From the NCBI GenBank assembly GCA_965287045.1, contig OZ336870.1, positions 110,174,001-110,238,000 of the forward strand: 64,000 nt of DNA, given 5' to 3'. The notes under the pieces are model-generated. The model made no database searches, was not told the origin of the DNA, and saw only the letters and a program-made list of their open reading frames with translations. A program made the translations under genes and the position numbers. Positions 53,970 to 64,000 of the stretch are shown in pieces; positions within the stretch are counted from its first letter, which is position 1; each line of letters begins with the position of its first letter. This stretch comes from Carcharhinus amblyrhynchos. Taxonomy: Eukaryota.

Positions 53970-54250
53970 AAAGAACAAAGAAAAGTACAGCACAGGAACA
54001 GGCCCTCCAGCTGTCAAGCCTGTGCCAATCATGATCCCCTGATTAAACTAAAACAAACCTTCTGCCCTTACTCGGGCTGTATCCCACTATTCCCTCCCTA
54101 TTCATGTACGCATCCAGATGCCTCTTAAATGTTGCTAATGTGCCTGCTTCTGTCACCTCCTCTGGCAGTGCATTCTAGGCACACACCACTCTCTGCATGA
54201 AAAACTTCCTCTGCACATCTCCCTTAAACTTTCTCCCTCTCACCTTGAAC
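53970..54250 (-). mobile_element. CR1 LINE 3' fragment
   Basis: The reverse complement reads ggagaaagtttaagggagatgtgcagaggaagtttttcatgcagagagtggtg...cctgttcctgtgctgtacttttctttgttcttt. Confidence 0.8.
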
Positions 54251-54814
54251 TGGTAAAGAGCAAAGAAAAGTAAATCAATTGGTGCATAAACAGAGGAGTT
54301 GATGCCATGCTTATAGAAGCATTATATAGACACTGAAATGATCCATTGTGGCAGGCAGCACATTCTGCATCAGAAGTGAACATAAGAAATAGGAGCAGGA
54401 GTAGGCCATCTAGCCCTTCGAGCCTGCCCCGCCATTCAACAAGTGTACTGACTAAATCTTGAAAAGGTTGTAGACATTCAGGGTTCATGACTGTAATGAA
54501 TATTAGGCCTTTAGCACATGAACAAGGATTTCAGGGCCCCTTCCTAAAATGGGGTCCTTGAATGCAGCCTGCACAAGAACTGCTTTGTTCAAAATGACCA
54601 AGTCATTCCCTGAAGGCTTCTCCCAAACAAGTTGAAAGAAAATTAGCTGAATGCAGAGACATGAGGAGTTAGAGTGTTTCTTCTGGTTCCACATTAGTCC
54701 CAAAGTCCATTTCCAACTCCTGGTCAACAGCTGCTTTCCAATTCCTTCCCCACATCTCTCCCTGAGCATACCTGCTGGCCACTTCCATGGGCATCTTATA
54801 TCTACCTGTCTACT

Positions 54815-54910
54815 GAGCACCGATAAAGAATCATCCTGACTCGAAACATTGGCTCTCTCTCCACAGATACTGTCAGACCTGCAATTTTCTGTTTTTGTTT
54901 CAGTATCCAC
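54815..54910 (+). mobile_element. Penelope-type terminal repeat fragment (degenerate hammerhead)
   Basis: ccgataaa-gaatc(atcct)gactc-GAAACATT then ctctctccacagatactgtcagacctgc...tttctgtttttgtttcag. Confidence 0.55.
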
Positions 54911-56072
54911 AACAACTTGTTTTTATCTCCAGTGAGCTGCCTGGGAACGTGCAGCAATAAATACTTGAAGAAGAAAAATATTAAAGGATATAGAAAAAAA
55001 AAATGGGATTTTGATCATAAAATCCAACCTGGAGCTTGCACAGATTGATCAGCCAATGTCCTCCTGTGCAGAGATTTCTATGATTTTATTTGACTTTAAT
55101 TTGTAGTCCAGCCTCTTGAACCTTGCGTCTTGATTTTGATGTGATGGATATACAACCCTCATGCATTACAAATTGGGGCTTATGTTGAATCGAGGCAGGA
55201 GGAACCCTTTAAAATGAATGTTTTGCCAGAAATAAAATACTATTTATCGAAACATTCTGCACTCAAGCTAAATTGTTGGTAAAATCAGTGCTTGAGAAAA
55301 TGGCTTTCCTGCAAAATTTCCCCATTTCCATGTATTGGCATTAACAATAAATACAACCTGTGTATACAGAAAGATTGGATGTGGGGCTTGAAATCTTGTT
55401 TGGCTCTGACACGTTAAATTACATACTGGAAAAAAGCAAGACACTTACAAAAAGGTTTAGGTAATTCATTTGTTATACTTTTTTTATAAAATATGTACAC
55501 TTTTTTGGTCATGAACAAGTAAAATGGCACATGAAGCATCGGCACGCTAGTCAATATTTTAACTTTATATATCCCGTCGCCCATTTCATAACTTTTAAAT
55601 TCTTCAGTATTCTCTTGTCCCCAGCGAGAAAGGGGGAGTGACAATAAAGAATTACAAAACAGGCCAACTGTACCACAATGCTAAAAAATAGCTTGTTAAG
55701 TGCAAGTTAAAAAGCCTTGATAAAAAGCTAGATTGCAACACAATAATATTAACTTTAGCAGTTTAAATACGAGGCTTTCATTAAACGTTTCCTTTTTTCA
55801 GTTTGACATACATTTGTTGATGGGTGCCATTGATTTTGTTTTCATTTAAGCTATATACACAACCAGCTGTAACACTTAACAGTAATATAATTACATGGAG
55901 CTTATAGGTTAGAATAAGATGGTAAGTATACAATTAAAATACTGGCAAGTACAGTTGAAATGTACGTTTTCCTTCTAAGTTTTGAATTTCAATGAGTGCT
56001 ATCGCCAGTCAGGTGACCAGTCACCTGGCTTTTCTCCCCCCACCCCCATCCATTGTCCTGATCTCTCGATCT

Positions 56073-56316
56073 TCACTGTATCCAGATGGTATTACTTCTA
56101 TCTGGTCTTCGTGTCTCCACAGTCAGATCACCAAACGTCGAGAAAAATTGCTCCATCTCTTTTTGCAACATTTCATTGCGTTTCTCAGCATCCTCCCGTG
56201 CACGCTCTGTGTTCCTCATCTTTATCTCCACCATGGTATATTTCTTCCTTTCCTGGTCAAGTTCCTCATGAAGTGTCATTACCTCAGACTCTAGCTCAAT
56301 GTTTCTCTGTTCCAAA
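56073..56316 (-). CDS. ARHGAP24: ARHGAP24 (FilGAP) last coding exon, C-terminal coiled coil, 244 nt
   Basis: Translates [80 protein letters not shown]. The acceptor ttgttgcag ends at 56317. The NTIWIQ end and tail-to-tail position with MAPK10 match human ARHGAP24. Confidence 0.96.
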
Positions 56317-58414
56317 CTGCAACAAGAATGACAGGGAAATGATCAAATACTCATGCTCATTTTGATAGATGCAACTATTAGATTGAAAGTTGACCACATT
56401 CCTCTTGCAAAGACTCAAGTTTATCAATGTTATTTAAACAAGATATTTCTGTTTACACCAAAATGACATACATGATGGATAGATAGGATAATGGCAGCAA
56501 ACTATACGAGAAGGAGTTAGAATTCATCTTTCTGCCTGGGTGTGAATCTTGTTATAAAGCCACGCTTTATAAAAATGACATTATGAAATGATTAACTAGA
56601 AACCATGGAATTGTTTTCTAAGAAAAGGCTAATGCCACATTTCAGTGACTTCAAACTGCAATTCCTGAGATGGCTAAAAGTTTGCATCATTGTACACAAT
56701 ACTATCTATTAAGGTGGAGCCAACCTGTGTAGAAAACACAAGCAGAGACAATAACCTTGAAGAAGTGTCAATGAGATCATCCTAATTCTTTCACAGAACA
56801 CCCCAGACATCACCTGACTTGGCATTATAAGTAATCACCTCAGACAATGAACTTGATCTGATCTACCCCTAATCTAATCAAACTGAAACCACCTGCCTGG
56901 AATACACCATTCATGACTATATTTGGGTCACAGGTCAGCTAACTCTTTTCATTTTTAAGAAACTGTTTGCTGCAGACCAGAGGCAGAAGCAGAAAAGACC
57001 CCTGTGTGGGCCTCACTTCCTCTCACTCTCTACCTTTCAAGCTTGAACCTGTCTACTGTTTGACTATCCAAGTGCCAAGAGATTTTAAAGAACTCAACAC
57101 AGCAGGGTCCACCTGTAACTTTAACGTCCTCAGAAAAAACACCAAGCTCAGCCTGGGTCTACCCAAGCCATCAACTTACACAAAGCATATAATATAGATT
57201 TTAAAATGCCACTTAATGTAACCTCCCACTCTGTACCTATTGTATTGGAGTGAATATACATGCAAAAGTTGCAGCACTTACATTATTTTTCTTAGACAGA
57301 GTTAAGAACAATAAATACTACTTTCTTTTTGTATGCATGTCTCTTGCAGTTGCAGCATGTAAACAATTAAAAAATAACTGAATGCATATCCTTTCTAAAC
57401 TCCTTTTATCACGAGTGGTCGGAAATGAGAGGAGCCATTCCACCTCTACTCACCTGATTGTCACAGCCAACTGATATCCAATCCAATTTGATTTAAATGG
57501 TTAAAGAACTAAAATGGGGTTGTTTCTGTAATATATGTACACTTAAAGACAGACAGGGAGAAAGAGAGAGACAGGAAGAGCTAATCTTATATAGCATTTC
57601 TCAAAGATTAGCTAGTGTTCTTTCAGATCACTCCTCAGGTATTGCCTATGGAAGTAAGCTGAATAGATCCTGATGTGAATCATATTTCGATATCCCTTGG
57701 GTGCAGGAGGTTTTCACGTTGCTTGTAAATTTCTGTCTCTATAAGCCTTTTTTCTCTCATTTTACTACTTTGAAAGATAACATCTCAATTATATAGGACA
57801 TTCTCAAAACAAGCTTGATGGTAGAATTTACTTTGAAGGATTTTTGGTTATTAACATGACTGGTTTCACTCGGTTCTGGTGTCACTGGACACGTAATAAA
57901 AAAGATCAATTTTGGAATGATTTCATTTGATGCTTCACAGCTTGGTAGGAATTTTAAGCTCATGGTAATATCTATAAAAGGTAATGAGAATGGGTTTCAG
58001 TATAGAAGCAGATTTTGTTTTATTCTCCCCGAGTATCAGACTATGCTGATTGGAAATGCTTGGGGGAATTCCATTCTGAGCTATCAATGAGATTTAAGAT
58101 TAACATTTGCAAGGCAAAAAGGAGATTTCAGCAAAACAATTAAAAGTTTCATGGTCCGTGCTCTCTAACCTGATAGCAAAGAAAAACAAAATAGCAATTG
58201 CTTTGCTGACGAACACATACATGATGTTGAGAACTCATTCTTAAATTGGACAGAAGCCTAGGTGAAGGTAACAAATGGCCTGATGCTATTACTGAAATCA
58301 AACAATCTCAGAACAGTAATGGTACATCTGGATTTCGCATTAGCAGAAGCCTGGAATAATCACTGGAGAATGTGGAGCATTAAGATCAGCAGTGAGGAGG
58401 CTGATGATGATAAT

Positions 58415-60784
58415 TGTGCTAGCATGGCCCCTTTAAAGGGGCAATTCTTAAGAGCCACATGATTGGGCTGGACACTATGAAGAGGCAGCAGAGGAAGTCA
58501 AGCTAATCTGACACAAGAACGTGTGTCCTGGGTCGAGATGGAAGCCAGTTGAAGCCAGGGAGGAGTGGAGAGTAGTTGTGTGTTCAGTTCTGTCAGATCC
58601 TTGTTTGTATGTAGTCATTTATCATTGGTAGTAAGCCCTTTATAACTTTAAGCCACAACATGTGGCCTTCGAAGTTATTATAGCAGCGGCGAGGGACAAC
58701 TTTCGTTAGCCATTAGGGAACGGAGTGTGCAGCTAGAGGGGGAGGAGAGTTGAATGTTGAAACTGTCACGAAGTAAGGCGCATAAAGATGCCTATAATTG
58801 GAAAAATTGAATTATTTGACCCAGAAGTGGAAACCTGGGGACAGTATATTGAAAGGTTGTGTTTTTTTTTGTAGCAAATAAAATCACAGCAGAGGAAAAG
58901 CGAAAGGTTATACTGCCCACAGTCTGTGTCCCACAAACTTACAGTTTAGCGAGGAGTCTAATGTCTTCTGATACCCCAGACACTAGTCTTTTGACAAGAT
59001 AGTCAAATTGGTCAAAAATCATTTTAACCTCCGACTGCTGATCATTATGTTGCAAAAAAGTTTCGTTCAGCTGTCCGGAAGCCAGGGGAGGCAGTTTCAG
59101 ACTTTGTGGTCATATTGGAAGGTTAGCAAAGCACTGCAAATTCGGTCCAGTTTTAGGAGAAGTGTTAAAAGAGTTTTTGGTCTGTGGTATAAATGGCCTC
59201 ATCATGCAGAAGTTGTTACTGGCTGACACCAAAATCTCTTTAGAAAAAGCTGTGGATTTGGCCCAGATGACTGAACGCACTGAGTAGGGTGTAAAGAAGT
59301 ACAAGGCATGCCCAATGGGGTGAACCATTTGTGCTGGAATACTGCTGGTGTGAGGAATAGCTCAAATGCAGGCACAGCAGAGCCTGAGTAAGGGGGTGCA
59401 GGACTGAAGCTGGAAGCCTGATTTTGATAGAGGGGAGAAGCTTGCTGATGCCAAATTTATGTATGTTACAGTTGTAATTGGAAAGGTCATTTATACGTAT
59501 GGTGCATATGGATGGTATTTCACAATAATACCAAAACAAGTTAGGTTGCCAATTACTACTGCAAGGTTACAGAAGTGGGCTCAACTACGTACAGTTACAC
59601 ATTCCCGTACCACCCAAGGACACAAATATCAAATGTGGAAGCATTCTTTGCCACAGAGTCATCATCACCGGTCCCACAGGAAATAGTGTTGGCGCTGCAC
59701 CTGATAGAGACTTTGCCGATCTCAGCTAAACACAGCCTCCTAAGCATTAGCAGAATGTTGTACAAATGTTCAAATCATTGATGAAGAAACACATTAATAG
59801 GCCTCTAGCTCTACGTATAGCCAGTTTCTTGTTGTCATGTAACACCATGCCAAATGCAATCACAGGGGTCAATACCAGCTGAACTACTAATGGGATGCCA
59901 TTTATGGACACAGCTGGATATGATATTCTCAGATTTGGTGGGGAGGGTGAAAGCTAGAGAAGTCTCCCAGGAAGAAAATCATAACTTACAAAAGAAAAGA
60001 GAGCTTTTAAAGTTTATGATTTAATTCTGGTCAGAAACTTTGCAGCAGGGCTGATATGGGTGGCTGGAATAATTGTGGAAAGAACAGGACCTGTTTTCTA
60101 TGTTGTAGAAATATAATGTTGTCCAGTCAAAAAACACAGAGCATTTGAGGGAGAGAGCTAGGCCTGACAGAAGCGATCAAGATGATCCCTGCAGGAGATT
60201 TAGATTCAGTGGTGGATATAGAGATCCCACTTGTAAATGTGGAACTGAAGCAACCAGTAGTTTCTGTCACTGAGGAGACAACAGCTACAGAGGAGGATCT
60301 CAACTCCAGATTGATGAATTTACCTTTCCCAACTATCTGACAAGATACATCATTTCCCCAAGAGTATAAAACAGAATTGAAATGTTCTATCAGGTCCAGA
60401 AGTCCCCAGACCAACTGAGCATGTGATGAGATTTCCTTGAGTATTTCTGATGTCTTGTTGAACTGTGCATGCCTGTGTTTAATGATGTTCCTTTTGTTTC
60501 ATCCACAGTTGAACTCAGGAGTTAGGGAGGAGGAGAGAGTGTGGTAGTGTGACCCCTTTAAGGAGTCAATTCTGAGGGCCACATGATAATACCTTTGGAG
60601 TTGCAGCACTGGATGCCAAGCCAATCAGGTGCAAGGGCATGTATCCTGAGTCCGGGAGGATCCTCAGCTGGAACCAAGGGAGGAGTGAAGAAGTCGTATG
60701 TTCAGTTCCATCTGACTCTTTATATTTATCGTTAATAAACCCTTTATAACTTTAAGCCACCCTGAGTTGCCTCTGAAGTTATTA
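58415..60784 (+). mobile_element. Internally deleted Gypsy/Ty3 LTR retrotransposon relic (LTRs ~58415-58680 and ~60540-60784)
   Basis: Diverged direct repeats (ccctttaa..gccacatgat..agggaggagtg..ccctttataactttaagccac..gaagttatta). PBS-like tagcagcggcgagg at 58681. gag start MPIIGKIELFDPEVETWGQYIERL at 58788. Integrase remnants PAELLMG..L.TQLD and LVRNF..W..GII.ERTGPV. Polypurine tract agggaggaggagagag before the 3' LTR. Confidence 0.88.
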
Positions 60785-61070
60785 ATGTTGAAATTTGATT
60801 GCTGAAACTTGCAGGTGCTTTTGACTAATGTATTGATGATATTTGTGATTTGAACTTATCTGAAGTTTTCCTGCCCTTACAGGTTGCAAGCTTCTGTGTA
60901 GCCTTTACTTGTAAATCAATGTGTTATTTTCCCCTAAACTGGTGAACAAGAACACTTTCCAAATAACAGTAAGAACCCCAAAGAATTTTACATCATATCC
61001 AAGTATGGCAGAACCCCAGAGAATTTCAAATCATATTGAAGATCAGTATTGAAGAAACAAGAATGGGACT

Positions 61071-61817
61071 TGTAGCCAAACAGGCCATCTAAAATGGCGT
61101 TTTGTAAAGCACTCTGGGACAACTGGGCAAGAAACTAAACTGACAGGCTGCAGTTTAAAGACAGACAAACAGGCTGCAACCCTGATGAGTGAATACACAG
61201 GATATGGGCCATCTCCAGGATGAGAGAGACTTTCTGGTCACACTGAGTTGTGTGCCAGACATAGGGACACCGTGAATCCTTATTTAGGAGGGAGGTATGT
61301 GACCTATGTGCCTTCAACACCTACAGGCATGGCCGCCGGGGACACACCCAGAGATCGGTGTGGTAGCACCTGATTGGACTCTTATTGATCAGGGTGATCA
61401 AGTCCTGATCGATTGATTGGCAATGGCCAAAAAAAAGGGCGTGAAACCAAACGGGGTATAAAGGATGCTGCACAACCAGGAATCTCTCTCTCTCTGACCC
61501 CATGAACAAGCTACAACGACAGAGAGCCACCACACCTGAGAAGGAAGGAAAGAAAGAAGATCAGAGCCAGAGTGCCACACCAGACCAAAGGACCAGACTA
61601 CACAGACAACTACCAAGACCAGTGCAGAGATAAAGGCCAATATCTGTTTGGGTACTTGTCAGTCACGCAAAGTTAAGTCAAGGTCTTGTATTGTACTTGA
61701 ATTCTAGTATTTTCTGTAGGGTGGGTGATTATTGATTGTGTGGGTTTAAATAAATATTGTTTGTACTAATAAGACGTCTACTCAAAGTTATTTGTCCACC
61801 ATATAAGGGTTAAAACA
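61071..61817 (+). mobile_element. Solo LTR with 4-bp target-site duplication
   Basis: Starts TGT and ends ACA. GACT on both flanks (61067-61070, 61818-61821). Two ATTGG boxes, TATAAA at 61457-61462 and AATAAA at 61749-61754. Confidence 0.85.
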
Positions 61818-63157
61818 GACTGATTTTTACAACACTGTTCTTGTGAAGGAGGAATATACGAGACACACTGTACTCTCTACCTTTCCTACAAGGCTTCATG
61901 CCATATATAAAATGTAATTCTGTCTGTACGGGCACTATTGCATTTCCCAGCTGCCGCAGTGACTTTACATTGATAGTCGACACAACAATGAGTCGGTTAT
62001 GCCCATCTGCCATCCATGGAAATCATAGTTGTTGATTTCTTTTAATGAAAGAGCAATGCTGAGGTGTTCAGAGATATTTCAGATGCTGCAATGATTCAGA
62101 GTCTCAAGAAGCTGTAATTTGCTGCCAACTGGCCTGTGCATAATATAAATTCACATTCTTCCACACAAGAGCAATACCAAAGGTTATTGAATTTCTCATT
62201 ACGATCTTGGAATGAATGAGAATTTCAAGTGAGGGACATCTGGATGTATTCATTTCCCCAGAAGCTACCCTCTGGCACCAGTACAGCTGGGAAATGGTAA
62301 TGAGAAAGTCTGTTACAGGACAAAAGCTGCTCCTTTCAGTTCATCACTTGTTTGTTATGTTTTGTACAATTGAAAACAGCAACAAAACAAGAGCAGCACA
62401 TGTAGGGGATTTTGAATTGACGCATCTCCAAAGGCTATTTACTGCAAAGCTTTGAAATAGGATTTGGTTTTCAGTTTCCAGTTGTGTGGTACCTGGTTAC
62501 TTAACTCACACAAGGCTAACTTTCTAGGCATGTGGAAATAGTTAGGAAAGAAAATAAAGGCTTGAAGGTACAAAATTAAAATGGTGTCTCTTAATGCAGC
62601 CATTTAGTCCAATACCACTTCAACTGGCTGATGCAGTGATTTAAGACACTTGTGAGTTCCATGTCAAGAAACAATCCAGGAAAGTTCTGTTTGCTGATCA
62701 GGAAATTTGATTTCCGCCCAAAATGGGTGTGACGTTGACAGAGAGGTGCTCCATTTGCTCAGTCATACTTGGGAACTGTGAGCACCGAACTGTTTGCTGA
62801 CTATAACTCACCAGTTATTGGACAATGCAAATTGGAAGACTTCTTTGCTGAGGCGGCCTACATTGGATCTCACATGATTGGACTTGCAGGGATGCCATGA
62901 GTGGACTCACTGTGCTTGGAGTTTTTTTTTGTGGGAAATACCATTTACTTCTCCTGAGCAAACAAGTTAAAAAAAATCAACATTTTCTCGACTGTTTTGT
63001 GATCCCTATAAGATCTGCTGGTTCAGCCTCTTAACACTTGGTACAACTAAATGGACAACGTGCAGCACACACTTCTACTTACATGTTGTCACTGGAGACC
63101 TGCAACCAAGATATGACTCTGATTTGTAATATTAAAGAGCCATCCCTGCATTTCAGG

Positions 63158-63374
63158 TGTGGAGATGCTGGCGTTGGACTGGGGTGGGCACAATAAGAAA
63201 TCTCACAACACCATGTAAAAGTCCAACAGGTTTATTTGGAATGATGAGCTTTCGGAGCACTGCTCTTCATCAGATGAGACTCACCTGATGAAGGAGCAGC
63301 ACTCCGAAAGCTTGTGATTCCAAATAAGCGTATTAGTCTTTAACCTGGTGTTGTGAGCCTTCTTACTGTGCCCA
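63158..63374. mobile_element. Penelope-type inverted terminal-repeat element (palindrome 63185-63374)
   Basis: Same family as 34972-35196: tgggcacaataagaaatctcacaacacc...tcatcagatgag / ctcacctgatgaagg...ggtgttgtgagccttcttactgtgccca. Confidence 0.85.
63281..63317 (+). ncRNA. Minimal type I hammerhead ribozyme-like motif (mirror copy on - strand at 63242-63277)
   Basis: TCAC-CTGATGA-a-GGAG(cagca)CTCC-GAA-AGCT-T-GTGA has a perfect 4-bp stem I (TCAC/GTGA), the core boxes, stem II and a palindromic stem III. Confidence 0.75.
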
Positions 63375-63380
63375 TTGCAG

Positions 63381-64000
63381 CTGGGAACGGACAGAGTGTT
63401 GGAGGAATACAGAGAGAGTAGGAGGGATCTCAAAAGGGGAGTTAGGAGAGCAAAAAGGGGGTATGAGCTGGCTTTGGCAGGTAGGATTAAGGAGAATCCA
63501 AAGGCGTTTTACTCCTATCTTAGGAGCAAAAGGGTGGCTAGGGGCAAAATCGGTCCTCTCAGGGACAGACGTGGGGAATTGTGCTTAGAGGCTGAGGGAA
63601 TGGGGGAGATCCTGAATGAATACTTTACGTCTGTATTCACGAAGGAGGGGGGCTTGATGTTTGGTACGGTCATAGAGGAAGCGGTAGACCAATTGAAAGA
63701 TCTATCGATTACGAGGGAAGAAGTGTTAGGGCTTTTAGGTAGCATTAAAACTGATAAATCTCCGGGGCCCGATGGCATTTATCCTAGGCTGCTTAGGGAG
63801 GCGAGAGATGAGATTTCTGGGCCTCTGATGCAAATCTTTGTCTCTTCTTTGGACACAGGTGAGGTCCCAGAGGCCTGGAGGATAGCGAACGTGGTACCGT
63901 TGTTTAAAAAGGGTAGGAGGGATAACCCGGGTAACTATAGGCCGGTGAGTTTAACATCAGTGGTAGGCAAGTTGATGGAGAGGATTCTTAGGGATAGGAT
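63381..64000 (+). mobile_element. Young CR1 LINE, 5'-truncated; ORF2 open to the window edge
   Basis: Uninterrupted frame ..RIKENPKAFYSYLRSKR..EILNEYFTSVFT..KSPGPDGIYPRLLRE..VPEAWRIANVVPLFKKG..PGNYRPVSLTSVVGKLMERILRDR. It is absent from the ORF track because no stop falls in the window. Confidence 0.95.

Noticed and set aside
56313-56315. Start codon of the 80-aa ORF
   Set aside because: It is a TTG Leu codon just inside a splice acceptor. The ORF is a terminal exon, not a stand-alone gene.

Overview
Eukaryotic, repeat-rich vertebrate DNA, most likely a cartilaginous fish. That assignment is inferred from HE1-like V-SINEs, Deu-domain SINEs, CR1 LINEs and Penelope-type elements. The window holds the 3' half of MAPK10/JNK3 on the + strand (six coding exons, 4750-39133) tail-to-tail with the last coding exon of ARHGAP24 on the - strand (56073-56316), the same arrangement as in human. 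MAPK10 shows three layers of RNA-level control in the sequence. First, a 72-nt mutually exclusive exon-6-type exon followed by a 12-kb U12 (minor spliceosome) intron. Second, tandem 3' splice sites 5 nt apart giving p46/p54 C-termini. Third, a UGA-CUA stop-codon readthrough context with an open 13-codon extension. Introns and intergenic DNA contain CR1, L2 and Rex-type LINEs, three SINE families, a deleted Gypsy element, two solo LTRs and a 33-bp minisatellite. Less obvious signals are several Penelope-type minimal hammerhead ribozyme motifs (two inside ~190-bp palindromes), a short A-tailed insert with a U2 snRNA-like head, and a ~220-bp near-perfect local inverted duplication. Almost all ORF-track entries are spurious or repeat-derived. 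Repeat boundaries are by eye and approximate, and comparisons to human or consensus sequences are from memory.
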